Notes: generated by a model not told the origin, from the sequence alone. A stretch of 64,000 bases of DNA from Calditrichales bacterium (GCA_965267575.1 OZ254086.1:1600001-1664000), one strand, 5' to 3'. Numbered from the stretch's first letter, positions 1-9,437 are shown. Translations and numbers: made by a program.

Positions 1-2
1 CC

Positions 3-857
3 GCGCGTATCGCTCCCGCCGATAAAAAGCTATACGCCCTGCGTGACGTGACAGCGACGGTGCAATCCATACCGCTGATCGCCGCCTCAATTATGAGTAA
101 AAAACTGGCCGAAGGCATTGATGCCCTGGTGCTGGACGTGAAAACCGGCAGCGGTGCTTTTATGCAGGAATACGATCGCAGTAAAGAGCTGGCTCGTACA
201 CTGGTGCAAATTGGCACAGAGGCCGGTAAGGAGACCATCGCGCTGATTACCGATATGAATCAGCCGTTGGGAAACGCCGTTGGCAACTGGCTGGAGGTGC
301 GCGAGTGTATTGATATTTTGCATGGCGAGGGTCCACCGGACAGCACGGAAATTACCATCGCCCTGGCGGCGGAGATGTTGTTGCTGGGCAAGAAAGCCGA
401 CAACCGCGATGAGGGTGAAGCGCTGGCCCGGGAAATGGTGAGCAGCGGAAAGGCCTGGCAAAAGCTGCTGCAAATCGTCCGGGCGCAGGAAGGAGACACA
501 CAGGTTTTGGAAAGCCCGGACAGCTACCCAAAGGCCGCCTTTAAAAAAGAGGTCGCCGCGAAAAAATCCGGATATATCAGCGCGATGAATGCGCAGGAAA
601 TTGGCCTCTGCTCGGTGCAGCTGGGTGCCGGCCGCCAGAAATGGGAAGACAAAATCGACCCCGCCGCTGGAATTATGATGCACAAAAAAATGGGCGATCG
701 CGCCGAAAAAGGGGACACGCTGGCAACGCTTTACACGGAGAAGGAAGGAAATCTGGCCGAAGCTGAAGATCGTTTTCTGAAAGCGTTCACCATTTCCGAT
801 ACACCCGCAGAGAAGCCGAAACTGGTTTACGAGCGCCTGGATAGCGGCGACCTATGA
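3..857 (+). CDS. pdp: Pyrimidine-nucleoside/thymidine phosphorylase, 5'-truncated by window edge
   Basis: Frame is open from base 3 (ARIAPADKKLYALRDVTATV). Motifs SIPLIAASIMSKK, LVLDVKTGSGAFM, ITDMNQPLG and LGAGR are typical of the family. Confidence 0.93.
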   Translation, partial: ARIAPADKKLYALRDVTATVQSIPLIAASIMSKKLAEGIDALVLDVKTGSGAFMQEYDRSKELARTLVQIGTEAGKETIALITDMNQPLGNAVGNWLEVRECIDILHGEGPPDSTEITIALAAEMLLLGKKADNRDEGEALAREMVSSGKAWQKLLQIVRAQEGDTQVLESPDSYPKAAFKKEVAAKKSGYISAMNAQEIGLCSVQLGAGRQKWEDKIDPAAGIMMHKKMGDRAEKGDTLATLYTEKEGNLAEAEDRFLKAFTISDTPAEKPKLVYERLDSGDL

Positions 858-1645
858 AACGCCTTAACAAGCGTCAGCTCAAACGCATTGAGCACATGTT
901 CCGCGAAAAACGCGACCGCAAGGAAAAGCAGCAGATGCTGCACAGCGGTGAACTGCCCAAGTATATCGAACGCCACGTTCCGCTTATCCGCCGCCTTGCC
1001 CCCAACCTGGACCAGCTTATGATTGTGGCCAGTTTTGCAAAGCCCAAGCTTAAAATCGGCCTGATTGACCGCCTGACCGTTTTGGCCGAGATCGAAGAAC
1101 TGCAAACGATTATTTGCCTGAACAAAGTGGATCTGCTGGAGGACCGTGAGGAAGCCACAGATTTGGCCGCGATTTACCGTGATATCGGTTATGACGTGGT
1201 AATTACCTCCGCCAAAGAGAAAAGTGGCATTGAAGAGTTGTTTGAACTGATGGGCGGAAAAACCACGGCCCTGGCTGGTCACTCCGGCGTGGGTAAAAGC
1301 AGCCTGCTCAACGCGCTGGACCCGGAGCTGGAAATCCGCGTGGGGGAAGTGTCGGAGTGGAACCAGAAAGGGCGCCACACCACAACGACAGTTACAACCT
1401 ACCAGCTTTCCGGATGCATCGAGGTAATCGACCTGCCGGGCATGAAGCATGTGGATTTCCCCGATCTGCACCGCGACGAACTGCGGCTTTTCTTCCGTGA
1501 ATTTAACGAGCGGTCCGAAAGCTGCAAGTTTCGCGATTGCCTGCACATTCACGAGGACGCCTGTGCTGTAAAGCAAGCCATTGCAGAGGGAGAGATTTCA
1601 GGGGAGCGCTATAACAGCTATATGACAATTTTTAATACGCTGTAG
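854..1645 (+). CDS. rsgA: Ribosome small subunit-dependent GTPase A (circularly permuted GTPase)
   Basis: NKVD (G4), GHSGVGKSS (G1), GRHTTT (G2), DLPG (G3) and C-terminal zinc finger CKFRDCLHIHEDAC. Confidence 0.92.
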   Translation: MKRLNKRQLKRIEHMFREKRDRKEKQQMLHSGELPKYIERHVPLIRRLAPNLDQLMIVASFAKPKLKIGLIDRLTVLAEIEELQTIICLNKVDLLEDREEATDLAAIYRDIGYDVVITSAKEKSGIEELFELMGGKTTALAGHSGVGKSSLLNALDPELEIRVGEVSEWNQKGRHTTTTVTTYQLSGCIEVIDLPGMKHVDFPDLHRDELRLFFREFNERSESCKFRDCLHIHEDACAVKQAIAEGEISGERYNSYMTIFNTL

Positions 1646-1669
1646 CCGAAACTATCGGCAATCGTGTTT

Positions 1670-1764
1670 GTCATTCCTGCGCAAGCAGGAATCCGCTGTG
1701 TTTTATAGCTCGAGACTTTAGGACAGAAGGACATATTCCTGGATTCCACTTTCGTGGGAATGAC
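1670..1764. repeat. REP/dRS3-like paired palindromes (REPIN-like unit)
   Basis: GTCATTCCTGCGCAAGCAGGAATCC (1670-1694) and its inverted partner GGATTCCACTTTCGTGGGAATGAC (1741-1764); each is itself a hairpin. Confidence 0.75.
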
Positions 1765-1894
1765 TACAACGGTGTTTTGCTTGAAACATAAGGCCCGGCC
1801 CCAATAATTTTTCTAATGTGACTAATGGCCGATAAAAAGATGATCAAAGCCATTATTCTTCGTATTTTACCTGTCCACTAAAAAAGGACCCATT

Positions 1895-2431
1895 ATGAAA
1901 ATCCTGCTTGGTGTTACATCTTCGATTGCGGCCTACCGCACGCCCAACCTGGTGTCGCGGCTACGCAAAGAGGGGAGTGAGATCGTCTGCATGGTGTCGG
2001 AGCGGGCCAAAGCTTTTGTGGCGCCTCAGGCACTGGCGGTGATGAGCCAAAACCCATGCTACAGCGATGCCGATGAGTGGAAAAACACCGACGACGTGCT
2101 GCACATCCGGCTGGCGAAATGGTGTGATGTTTTTCTGCTGGCGCCGGCAACGGCCAACACGCTGGCCAAAATCGCCAACGGTTTCTGTGACAACCTGCTA
2201 ACGAGTACCGTGCGCGCCCTGGGCGACAAGCCCCTGATTGTCGCGCCGGCCATGAACACACGTATGTGGAAAAATGCTTTCACGCAGGAACATATTGATG
2301 CAATTGCAAAACATTATACGTTGACCGTAATTGACCCGGTAGAAAAGATGCTGGCCGATGGTGACCAGGGTATGGGCGGTTTGGCGGAAGATGAGACGAT
2401 CATTGCGGCCGTGAATAAAACTAAAAAGTAG
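1895..2431 (+). CDS. coaC: Stand-alone HFCD flavoprotein, phosphopantothenoylcysteine decarboxylase (CoaC)-like
   Basis: ILLGVTSSIAAY, HIRLAKWCD, APATANTLAKIANG and PAMNTRMW motifs; no CoaB domain. Confidence 0.8.
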   Translation: MKILLGVTSSIAAYRTPNLVSRLRKEGSEIVCMVSERAKAFVAPQALAVMSQNPCYSDADEWKNTDDVLHIRLAKWCDVFLLAPATANTLAKIANGFCDNLLTSTVRALGDKPLIVAPAMNTRMWKNAFTQEHIDAIAKHYTLTVIDPVEKMLADGDQGMGGLAEDETIIAAVNKTKK

Positions 2432-2511
2432 CACAAAATTTATTTCGTGACACACCGTTTGTCATTCTGAACGAAGCGAAGGGGCTTGAACCTGTCTTTG
2501 AGAGTTTTCCC

Positions 2512-2544
2512 GATCAAGATCAAGAGCATGATCATGATCAAGAG
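2512..2544. repeat. Degenerate hexamer tandem repeat (GATCAA/GAGCAT/GATCAT x5.5)
   Basis: gatcaa gatcaa gagcat gatcat gatcaa gag read directly; preceded by a REP-like half site GTCATTCTGAACGAAGCGAAG at 2461-2481. Confidence 0.6.
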
Positions 2545-2582
2545 TTTCTTCATGATTAATTGTAAAAAGGAGTAATTTAAAA

Positions 2583-4136
2583 ATGAGACCGGTATGTATA
2601 ATTATCCGCGATGGCTGGGGCTATAACGAGAATCCCAAAGGCAACGCCGTTCTGGCAGCCGATACGCCTAATGTGGACAGCTATAAGAAAAATTACCCCT
2701 GGACGCTGATAAAGACATCGGGGGAGGCCGTGGGGTTGCCTGATGGCTTTATGGGTTCCAGCGAAGTGGGCCACCTCAATATTGGCGCCGGCCGTATCGT
2801 TGTGCAGGAGCTGAAACGCATCGATGACGGCTTTAAAGATGGCTCGATCTTTGAAAATGAGAAGTGGAAAGATTTTATCAAAAGCTGGAAAGAAAACAGC
2901 TCAAACCTGCACCTGATGGGGCTGCTGCAAAACGAAGGCGTGCATGCCCACCAGGACCACCTGTTTAAAATCATGCGCCGGGCACGGCAGGAATTTGCCG
3001 ACGGCCATATTGTAATCCACCCCTTTTTGGATGGCCGCGATTCGGCGCCGAAGAGTACGCTGGAGTTTATGGCCATGCTGCGCGAGGTGATGCAGGAGGT
3101 TGGCAATTGCAGCATCGGGACGGTGATGGGACGCTATTATGCCATGGACCGCGCCGGCGACTGGAAGCTTACGGACAAGGCCTTTCACTGTCTGATAGAT
3201 GGCCAAGGCAGACAGTTTGCGAACCCCGAAGAGGCAATAAAACAATCGTACGAAAATGAAAAAACACCCGATGGTGAGGAGATGTTTGATGAGTACATCC
3301 CGCCGCTGGTATTGGAAGGCTATAAAGGGATTAACGACGGCGATTGCGTGTTCCACTTTAACTACCGCCAGGACCGCGCGCGGCAGCTGACGATGGCTTT
3401 TGTGGAGGACAACTATGAAGGCAATCGCAAGCGGCGTCCGGACGTGACCTACCTGGCTTTTACGCGCTATTACGATGAACTGAAACAATACCTGATGGGC
3501 GCCATGGGTAGCGGCGGCACGATGAACAATCTGCTGGGCGAGGTGCTGGGTAATGCCGGTTTACGCCAGTTGCGCATCTCCGAGACACAGAAATTTCCCC
3601 ATGTGACCAGCTTTTTTAACGGAAAGAAAACCACCCCGTTTAAAGGCGAAGATTGGGTGGAGATCAAAAGCAAGATCGATCCCTCCGAGTACGCGCGTTT
3701 CCCGCAAATGGAAGCAAAAGCGATCAACGAAGAGCTGTTAAAAAGGCTGGAAGAAAATCCTTATGCGCTGATTGTGTTGAACTATCCCAATGCCGATATG
3801 GTGGGACACACCGGCAGCTTTGACGCGGCAAAAAAAGCCGTGGAAACGGTGGACGCAGCCCTGGGTCCGATTGTGAAACGGCTGCTGGAATTGGATGCCC
3901 ACATCCTGTTGACGGCAGACCACGGCAACTCCGAGCAGATGGTGGATTATAACACCGGCATGACCAAAACCAGCCACACCACCTTTGACGTGGAGCTGAT
4001 CTACATCGCCAACGATGCAGGGGATAAAAAACTTAAAAGCGGCGGTAAGCTCTCCGACTTGGCCCCGACGACACTGAAGCTGCTGGGCGTCGATATACCG
4101 TCCGAAATGACGTCGAATGTCTTGATTGAGGGGTAG
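2583..4136 (+). CDS. gpmI: 2,3-bisphosphoglycerate-independent phosphoglycerate mutase
   Basis: IIRDGWG, MGSSEVGHLNIGAGR, MGRYYAMDR, NADMVGHTG, TADHGN and SHTT motifs; RBS aaggag upstream. Confidence 0.96.
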   Translation: MRPVCIIIRDGWGYNENPKGNAVLAADTPNVDSYKKNYPWTLIKTSGEAVGLPDGFMGSSEVGHLNIGAGRIVVQELKRIDDGFKDGSIFENEKWKDFIKSWKENSSNLHLMGLLQNEGVHAHQDHLFKIMRRARQEFADGHIVIHPFLDGRDSAPKSTLEFMAMLREVMQEVGNCSIGTVMGRYYAMDRAGDWKLTDKAFHCLIDGQGRQFANPEEAIKQSYENEKTPDGEEMFDEYIPPLVLEGYKGINDGDCVFHFNYRQDRARQLTMAFVEDNYEGNRKRRPDVTYLAFTRYYDELKQYLMGAMGSGGTMNNLLGEVLGNAGLRQLRISETQKFPHVTSFFNGKKTTPFKGEDWVEIKSKIDPSEYARFPQMEAKAINEELLKRLEENPYALIVLNYPNADMVGHTGSFDAAKKAVETVDAALGPIVKRLLELDAHILLTADHGNSEQMVDYNTGMTKTSHTTFDVELIYIANDAGDKKLKSGGKLSDLAPTTLKLLGVDIPSEMTSNVLIEG

Positions 4137-4188
4137 AGGGAATTTTTGATCCGCTGAAATTTGAATATTTGGCTTAGCAATTAGACTG

Positions 4189-4217
4189 TTGACACCGTAC
4201 ATACAATGACATAATAT
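4189..4217 (+). promoter_or_regulatory. Putative sigma70-type promoter for the TA operon, probably leaderless
   Basis: TTGACA-17 nt-TAATAT, ending 5 nt before the ATG at 4223; no SD sequence visible. Confidence 0.5.
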
Positions 4218-4222
4218 TTGGC

Positions 4223-4480
4223 ATGATCTACTGGGATGAGCAGAAAAATAAAAAGCTGATTGCCGAAAGAAAAATATCGTTTGAGCAAATAGCTGAAAAA
4301 ATATTAAACAAAGAATATCTGGATATTTTAGAAAATCCCAGTAGAAACGATCAGATGGTATTTATCGTAAAATTAAACGAGTATATATACGTAGTTCCGT
4401 TTGTAATAGATGATCAGGAATGTATTGTTCTAAAAACTGCTTATCCTAGTAGAAAGTTTAATAAAATGTATGGTGGTTAA
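4223..4480 (+). CDS. BrnT-like type II toxin
   Basis: 85 aa with WDEQKNKKLIAERKISFE at the N-terminus and LKTAYPSRK at the C-terminus; AT-rich; coupled to a CopG-like gene. Confidence 0.75.
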   Translation: MIYWDEQKNKKLIAERKISFEQIAEKILNKEYLDILENPSRNDQMVFIVKLNEYIYVVPFVIDDQECIVLKTAYPSRKFNKMYGG

Positions 4481-4481
4481 A

Positions 4482-4778
4482 ATGAGTAATAAAAATCTGG
4501 ATTCCTTCGAAAAGGACATTGAAAATAATGCCGATAAATTCGTTAAGGTTTCCCCAAAAACTGAAGACCGAATTAAGGGTATTATCGATAAAGCAAATGA
4601 AAAAAGCAGAATCACGTTAAGATTAAGTAATCAAACCCTTGAATTGATAAAACAAAAGGCCATGGAAGAAGGCTTACCTTATCAAACATATATTTCCAGT
4701 ATCCTCCACAAATTTGCTACAGATAAGCTTTTGGATGAAAAGCAGGTTATCAAATCGATTCAACTCCTGAATAAGTAG
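4482..4778 (+). CDS. CopG/BrnA-like antitoxin (C-terminal ribbon-helix-helix)
   Basis: RITLRLSNQTLELIKQKAMEEGLPYQTYISSILH; lies directly after the toxin gene (alternative start 4470). Confidence 0.78.
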   Translation: MSNKNLDSFEKDIENNADKFVKVSPKTEDRIKGIIDKANEKSRITLRLSNQTLELIKQKAMEEGLPYQTYISSILHKFATDKLLDEKQVIKSIQLLNK

Positions 4779-4796
4779 CACGTTTCTGTATTCTCC

Positions 4797-6239
4797 TTAC
4801 ATCTCCGCCAAACCAATAATAAGCTTTTTGTGAATGTTATTGATGGCGCTGGTTGAGCCGTTAAAATTATTGGCAATAAAGCTGAAAGCGATCAGCCTGC
4901 CCTTGCTGTCTTTCACATAACCGGAGTGGCTGCGCACACGGTTGATTAATCCCGACTTGACGCGGGCGTTATTGGCCATGGCTGTACCGCCGCCCCAATT
5001 GCTGAAAAAGCCTTCATCATCGGGATCGCCGGCTACGGCCAGGCTGTTGTAAAAGGCTTCAAATTCCGGGTGGTTTTTCATGATGCGTAAGGCCTGGACC
5101 ATATGCCGCGGCGTAACGCTGTTGGCCGGGGAAAGCCCGCAGCCGTCATAAATATGCAGCCCGTCTGTGCTTAAACCGTGTTTTTCAAAAAACCCTTCAA
5201 TGGCATTTTCCGCGCCATTCAACCCGCGCTCACCGAAAGCCTGTAAGCCCGCCATACGGCCAATAGCTTCGGCGTAAAGGTTAAAGCTGCGCTTGTTAAC
5301 TATAAAAACGATTTCTGCCAGGGTTGGGGAAAGCGTTTCGTGTAAAACGTTTTCCGGTTTGTAGTCAAATGCCTCACGGCCACTATGGGCAATTCCTTTT
5401 ACGGGGATGCCATTTTTGTTCAAATAATCCTGCACATGCTGGGCGGTAAAAAGCGCGGGATCGGGAATGGAGCCTTTTATGGAAAATTCGTTAACGCCGG
5501 CGGGGATGGTGCCACGCAATGTGGCGGCAAAGCTGCCCGGGCCGTTGTAGATGTAGCCGTTGTCGCCGGAGCCGACTGCGCCGGTTTTCATGTAGTTGAT
5601 AAAAGTGAGTCCGGGGATGTTTGGCTCGGTCCGCAGAACATCCGCGGCGCTTCCGATGCGCGAACCGGGCTTAAAAAAAAGATTGTATAGATTGTCGTTA
5701 ATGTTGAGCGCGCCCGCACCTGCACCATAATAATTGCCCAGGTCGATCCAGTACCAGTTGGGCTGTGTACTTTGTTCATCGTACAGCGCTTCGTAGCCAA
5801 CAATATCTCCACTGATAGTTTTAATTCCCTTTGCAGTGAGTACATCACGCCAGTTTTGCATCAGTTCATCAAGTGCAGTATTTCCTTCGATACGATAGCT
5901 GGCCAGGGCCGGGTCTCCGCCACCGATGATCAGCAGGTTGCCCTGCAGTGTGCCGTCTTTGATTTGGCCATCAGCGTACAGCGTGGTTTTGAAGCGGAAA
6001 TCAGAACCAAGGATATCCAGGGCCGCTGCGGAGGTCAGCAGCTTTAGCCCGGATGCCGGTGTAAGACTGAATTGCCCGTTGTGGTCGATTATGGTCTCAC
6101 CGCTTTCCACATATTCGGCGTAAAGGCCCCACTGGGCATGTCGTAAAAAGTCGCTGTTATTCCAGCTGTGGATTTGGTCTTGAGACGGCTGGGCCAGCAG
6201 GGCCGAACTTAATGCGATCAAAAAAAATATACGAGTCAT
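4797..6239 (-). CDS. dacB: D-Ala-D-Ala carboxypeptidase/endopeptidase (PBP4, peptidase S13)
   Basis: Signal peptide; PASGLK (SxxK), SFN (SxN), KSG (KTG-like), GGGDP and DGCGLS motifs. Confidence 0.92.
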   Translation of the reverse strand: MTRIFFLIALSSALLAQPSQDQIHSWNNSDFLRHAQWGLYAEYVESGETIIDHNGQFSLTPASGLKLLTSAAALDILGSDFRFKTTLYADGQIKDGTLQGNLLIIGGGDPALASYRIEGNTALDELMQNWRDVLTAKGIKTISGDIVGYEALYDEQSTQPNWYWIDLGNYYGAGAGALNINDNLYNLFFKPGSRIGSAADVLRTEPNIPGLTFINYMKTGAVGSGDNGYIYNGPGSFAATLRGTIPAGVNEFSIKGSIPDPALFTAQHVQDYLNKNGIPVKGIAHSGREAFDYKPENVLHETLSPTLAEIVFIVNKRSFNLYAEAIGRMAGLQAFGERGLNGAENAIEGFFEKHGLSTDGLHIYDGCGLSPANSVTPRHMVQALRIMKNHPEFEAFYNSLAVAGDPDDEGFFSNWGGGTAMANNARVKSGLINRVRSHSGYVKDSKGRLIAFSFIANNFNGSTSAINNIHKKLIIGLAEM

Positions 6240-6380
6240 GGCAGGCCTCGTGTTAAAATGTGCAGGTGATGGGCTGTATCAATGGCTGAATCGTTAAATG
6301 GCGGCTAAATGTTTCAAAGCGCACCCATTCAATATTTACAAATAGCCACCAACCCTATATTATGCAAACGGGTGAAAATA

Positions 6381-6411
6381 AAAAAGCCCTCGCAAGCGGC
6401 AAGGGCTTTTT
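6381..6411 (-). terminator. Intrinsic terminator, possibly bidirectional
   Basis: AAAAAGCCCT-loop-AGGGCTTTTT downstream of the beta-helix gene stop. Confidence 0.75.
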
Positions 6412-6453
6412 CGTCTGCAGGGGCAGACCTTCGGGTTTGGGGGAGCCCGATAC

Positions 6454-8094
6454 TTATTTCAATAAAACCATCTGTTTTGTAATGCTTCTTCCGTCAACGG
6501 TTAAGCGATAATAATAAATACCGCTGGCGATACCGTGACCTGTGTCATGCGCGTTCCAGCGAACATCATAGCTACCGGGCTGAAGCCGCACATCCACGAG
6601 GGTGGTTACGCGCTTTCCGACTATATCGAATATTTCCAATGTAACATGAGCCGGCCGGGTGATAGAATATTCAATCGTTGTTGCGGGGTTAAACGGGTTC
6701 GGATAGTTCGCTTCCAGCCGGAAAGATTCAGGCCCAATATGCGCATTTGAAAGGCTTGTTGCAACCCCTTCGTACTCAAACGCTCCCAAATCTATCCGCC
6801 CGCCCGGATAGTCGTCGCCATAAACAGGAGCCCCGGCGTCTATAGCCGGGCTGCCTTCCTGCAGCTTATAATTATGCGCGGCCTCATCTACAAACATGGG
6901 GTCATTGCCGGTTACGTCGTTACTGCCTGCGATGATTTCGGACGACTGAAACCAACCGTTGTAGTCGATTTCAACGATGCCGGAAAAATCGCCTGTATCG
7001 CCTTTGAAATCATTCGTGTTATAAAAGATGTTATTCATCATCGTAATGTTGGTGGCGCCACGGCTGGCAATCCAGAACAGCGGACCAGGTATGTTCACGA
7101 ATGTATTGTTACTGACTTCAATATCGATCACGCCGTCAAACTGGATACCGTAGCCGTACTTGGAGGGATCGCCGTCCAGGAAAATATTGTGGATCGTATT
7201 GTAGCGGAAAACGATATTTTCGCATTCGTCGCCGCTGATACGGAAGCCGCCGTTGCTGTCATAAAACTCATTTTCCTCGATGATCATATTGTCCGAATCT
7301 TTGTTCACCTTCAGCGCTACGCCATCACTGTCCGGCGCGTCACGGAAGCCCCACATCTTATTGCCGCGGATTATGCAGCCCTGCGTACCCTTCAGGTCAA
7401 TAGCGTTTTCACTGCCGGAACCCAGCGTGGTATAAAGCAGATTGTTTTCGATCAGGGTATTTACGTTGACGTTTTCCTTGTAAAGCTGGATACAATCGCC
7501 TTTGCAATCATAGATTGTATTGTTGCGAATGACGTTTCCGTCGCCGCCGTCCAAAATTATGCCATGGGCGTCATACTCATCGTTGCGCGTAAAATTGTAA
7601 ATGGTGCAGTTTTCAATGAGGTTGTTGTCGGCGTTGGAGATATCGATGCCGTCCCTTTGGCCGTTACGGATGGTAAGGTTTCTGAAAATGTTGTTATCGC
7701 CGTAAAGGCGAATGGCGTCATCGGTCAGGCCATCCATGTCAATTGTGAAATTTTGGAAAACCAGCCACTTGCTGTAAACGGAAATGCGGTCCTCCGGCGT
7801 TACCTGAACCTGTTCTCCCGGGTAAGCCATAATCACGATGGGCGCTCCGGACTGACCGTTAAAGTCATCCCGGAAACTGGGAGATTCAAAATAGACGCGC
7901 GCCTGGTTTTGGTCGCCGCGGATAAACAACGTGTCACCGGCGGACAAAGCGGAAAGCCCGTCGGCAATGCTGTCAAACGGATCATTAATGCTGCCGTTAC
8001 CGCCGGAAGCATTATTGTCCACATAGTAATTTTCTGCCATCAACGGCGAAAACGTCAGTAAAAATATAAAGGTTAGTATAAAAAGCCTGTACAT
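6454..8094 (-). CDS. Secreted right-handed beta-helix protein with T9SS-type C-terminal sorting domain
   Basis: Signal peptide; repeated N..I.NN.IY pattern; DPMFVD..LQEGSPAIDAG..DLGAFEY segment; C-terminal NYPNPFNPATTIEY...SGIYYYRL..KQMVLLK. Confidence 0.82.
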   Translation of the reverse strand: MYRLFILTFIFLLTFSPLMAENYYVDNNASGGNGSINDPFDSIADGLSALSAGDTLFIRGDQNQARVYFESPSFRDDFNGQSGAPIVIMAYPGEQVQVTPEDRISVYSKWLVFQNFTIDMDGLTDDAIRLYGDNNIFRNLTIRNGQRDGIDISNADNNLIENCTIYNFTRNDEYDAHGIILDGGDGNVIRNNTIYDCKGDCIQLYKENVNVNTLIENNLLYTTLGSGSENAIDLKGTQGCIIRGNKMWGFRDAPDSDGVALKVNKDSDNMIIEENEFYDSNGGFRISGDECENIVFRYNTIHNIFLDGDPSKYGYGIQFDGVIDIEVSNNTFVNIPGPLFWIASRGATNITMMNNIFYNTNDFKGDTGDFSGIVEIDYNGWFQSSEIIAGSNDVTGNDPMFVDEAAHNYKLQEGSPAIDAGAPVYGDDYPGGRIDLGAFEYEGVATSLSNAHIGPESFRLEANYPNPFNPATTIEYSITRPAHVTLEIFDIVGKRVTTLVDVRLQPGSYDVRWNAHDTGHGIASGIYYYRLTVDGRSITKQMVLLK

Positions 8095-8182
8095 CCCGGC
8101 ACTCCTTTGTGCAATTATTTTACTTTATCATTCGCCACGGCACGATATTAAGCCGTTTTGCGGCGATTGTCGTGATAAAAAC

Positions 8183-8198
8183 ACAAAATGCGTGCCAA
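8183..8198 (-). promoter_or_regulatory. Sigma54-like -24/-12 promoter upstream of the beta-helix gene
   Basis: Minus strand reads TTGGCACGCATTTTGT (TGGCAC-N5-TTGT) about 90 nt upstream of the start; same motif lies upstream of hsp20. Confidence 0.55.
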
Positions 8199-8209
8199 TA
8201 AAAAACGCG

Positions 8210-9355
8210 CTAATCCAGCGGGTTTATAAAGATACCGCGTTTTTCAATCTCGCTGATAAAGCGAAAACCGGGGATGGCCTTTTCCTGGCGTAATACGCCC
8301 CGTTCACTGATGACACCGTTAAGGATAAGCTGCATCACCACGGCAGCCGGAAAAGCCGTTGTGCGCATCATGGCGGTGAGGCCAAGCTCTTTATCGCCGT
8401 ATTCGATTGCCTGGTAGGCGATGGTCGCCTCCTTGCCTTCCTTTTGCCCTTTGGCCGATACGCGGATCAGGACTACATCATCCGAGGGATAATCGAGCAG
8501 GCTGCCCAGCATGGCCTCGAAGACGGCTCGCGTATTATACTCTTTGTCCTCATAACTGAAGCGCTTTTCCTTGTCGGTAAATCCCAGATCAATCATTGAC
8601 TTCATCAATGAACAATGGCCGGGATAGCGGATGGTTTTGTAATCGAGATTGGTGACCTGCCCTTCGAAGGTGAGCGGCAGGGTTGATGTTCCACCGGAGG
8701 TGTAAAAGGCTTCCAGGTTGCCAAACGGGCTGGGAAAATCCAGCGTCTCCAGTCCTGTCATCGACGGCCTTTTGGTAATCCTCCCGTCTTCCAGAATCAC
8801 CGCCTGCTCGATGTACTCGTTAATCAGGCCATGCGGCGAAAACACCAGTTTGTATTTAAGCGGCGTTTTCGGCTCAACAGGCAGGCCGCCAACACGAATT
8901 TTTACATCGTCCACGCGGGCAAGCTGATCCATGGCGTAGGCCGCGAGCACGGAGGCCATGCCCGGCGCCAGACCGCAGTCCGGGATAACAGTAACGCCGG
9001 CCTTTTTGGCTTCATCATGCAAGCGGAATTGTCGTTCTACGACGGTATTGTTGCCGCCCAGATCTACAAAATGGCAGCCATTTTCAACAGCGAGCTTTGT
9101 AAGCTGTGGGTTATAATCGTAAGGGACGGCGCTGATGACGCCATCGGCTTTTTCGAACAGCGGTTTTAGCTGAAAGATATTGTCCGCTTCCGCCTCTTTT
9201 ACGGTTAGGCGATCGGAGTTAAATTTATTTTGTATTTCTTTTAGCGCGGCCGGATTTTTGTCAGCTATTATTATTTGGGATTTCTTTTCGTTTTTAAGGA
9301 AATCACTAACCAGCCCGTGCGACATGCGTCCGGCGCCCAGAATTAATACTTTCAT
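8210..9355 (-). CDS. Saccharopine dehydrogenase / lysine 6-dehydrogenase family oxidoreductase
   Basis: VLILGAG Rossmann motif, DCGLAPG, VGGLP, GLINEY, TSGG, KTIRYPGH and AMMRTT; SD-like aggggg before ATG 9355. Confidence 0.88.
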   Translation of the reverse strand: MKVLILGAGRMSHGLVSDFLKNEKKSQIIIADKNPAALKEIQNKFNSDRLTVKEAEADNIFQLKPLFEKADGVISAVPYDYNPQLTKLAVENGCHFVDLGGNNTVVERQFRLHDEAKKAGVTVIPDCGLAPGMASVLAAYAMDQLARVDDVKIRVGGLPVEPKTPLKYKLVFSPHGLINEYIEQAVILEDGRITKRPSMTGLETLDFPSPFGNLEAFYTSGGTSTLPLTFEGQVTNLDYKTIRYPGHCSLMKSMIDLGFTDKEKRFSYEDKEYNTRAVFEAMLGSLLDYPSDDVVLIRVSAKGQKEGKEATIAYQAIEYGDKELGLTAMMRTTAFPAAVVMQLILNGVISERGVLRQEKAIPGFRFISEIEKRGIFINPLD

Positions 9356-9437
9356 TTTGTCCCCCTTTTTATCAGGAAATATCAAGATTGATTGTCAGTT
9401 GTAATCTACTTGAACAAAACAAAAATACGGTGAAGAA

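Noticed and set aside
827-1576. 249-aa minus-strand ORF and similar antisense ORFs (for example 56713-57522 and 28523-29176)
   Set aside because: They overlap well-supported genes on the opposite strand and lack motifs.
6874-8061. 395-aa plus-strand ORF
   Set aside because: Antisense shadow of the beta-helix gene with no recognisable motifs.
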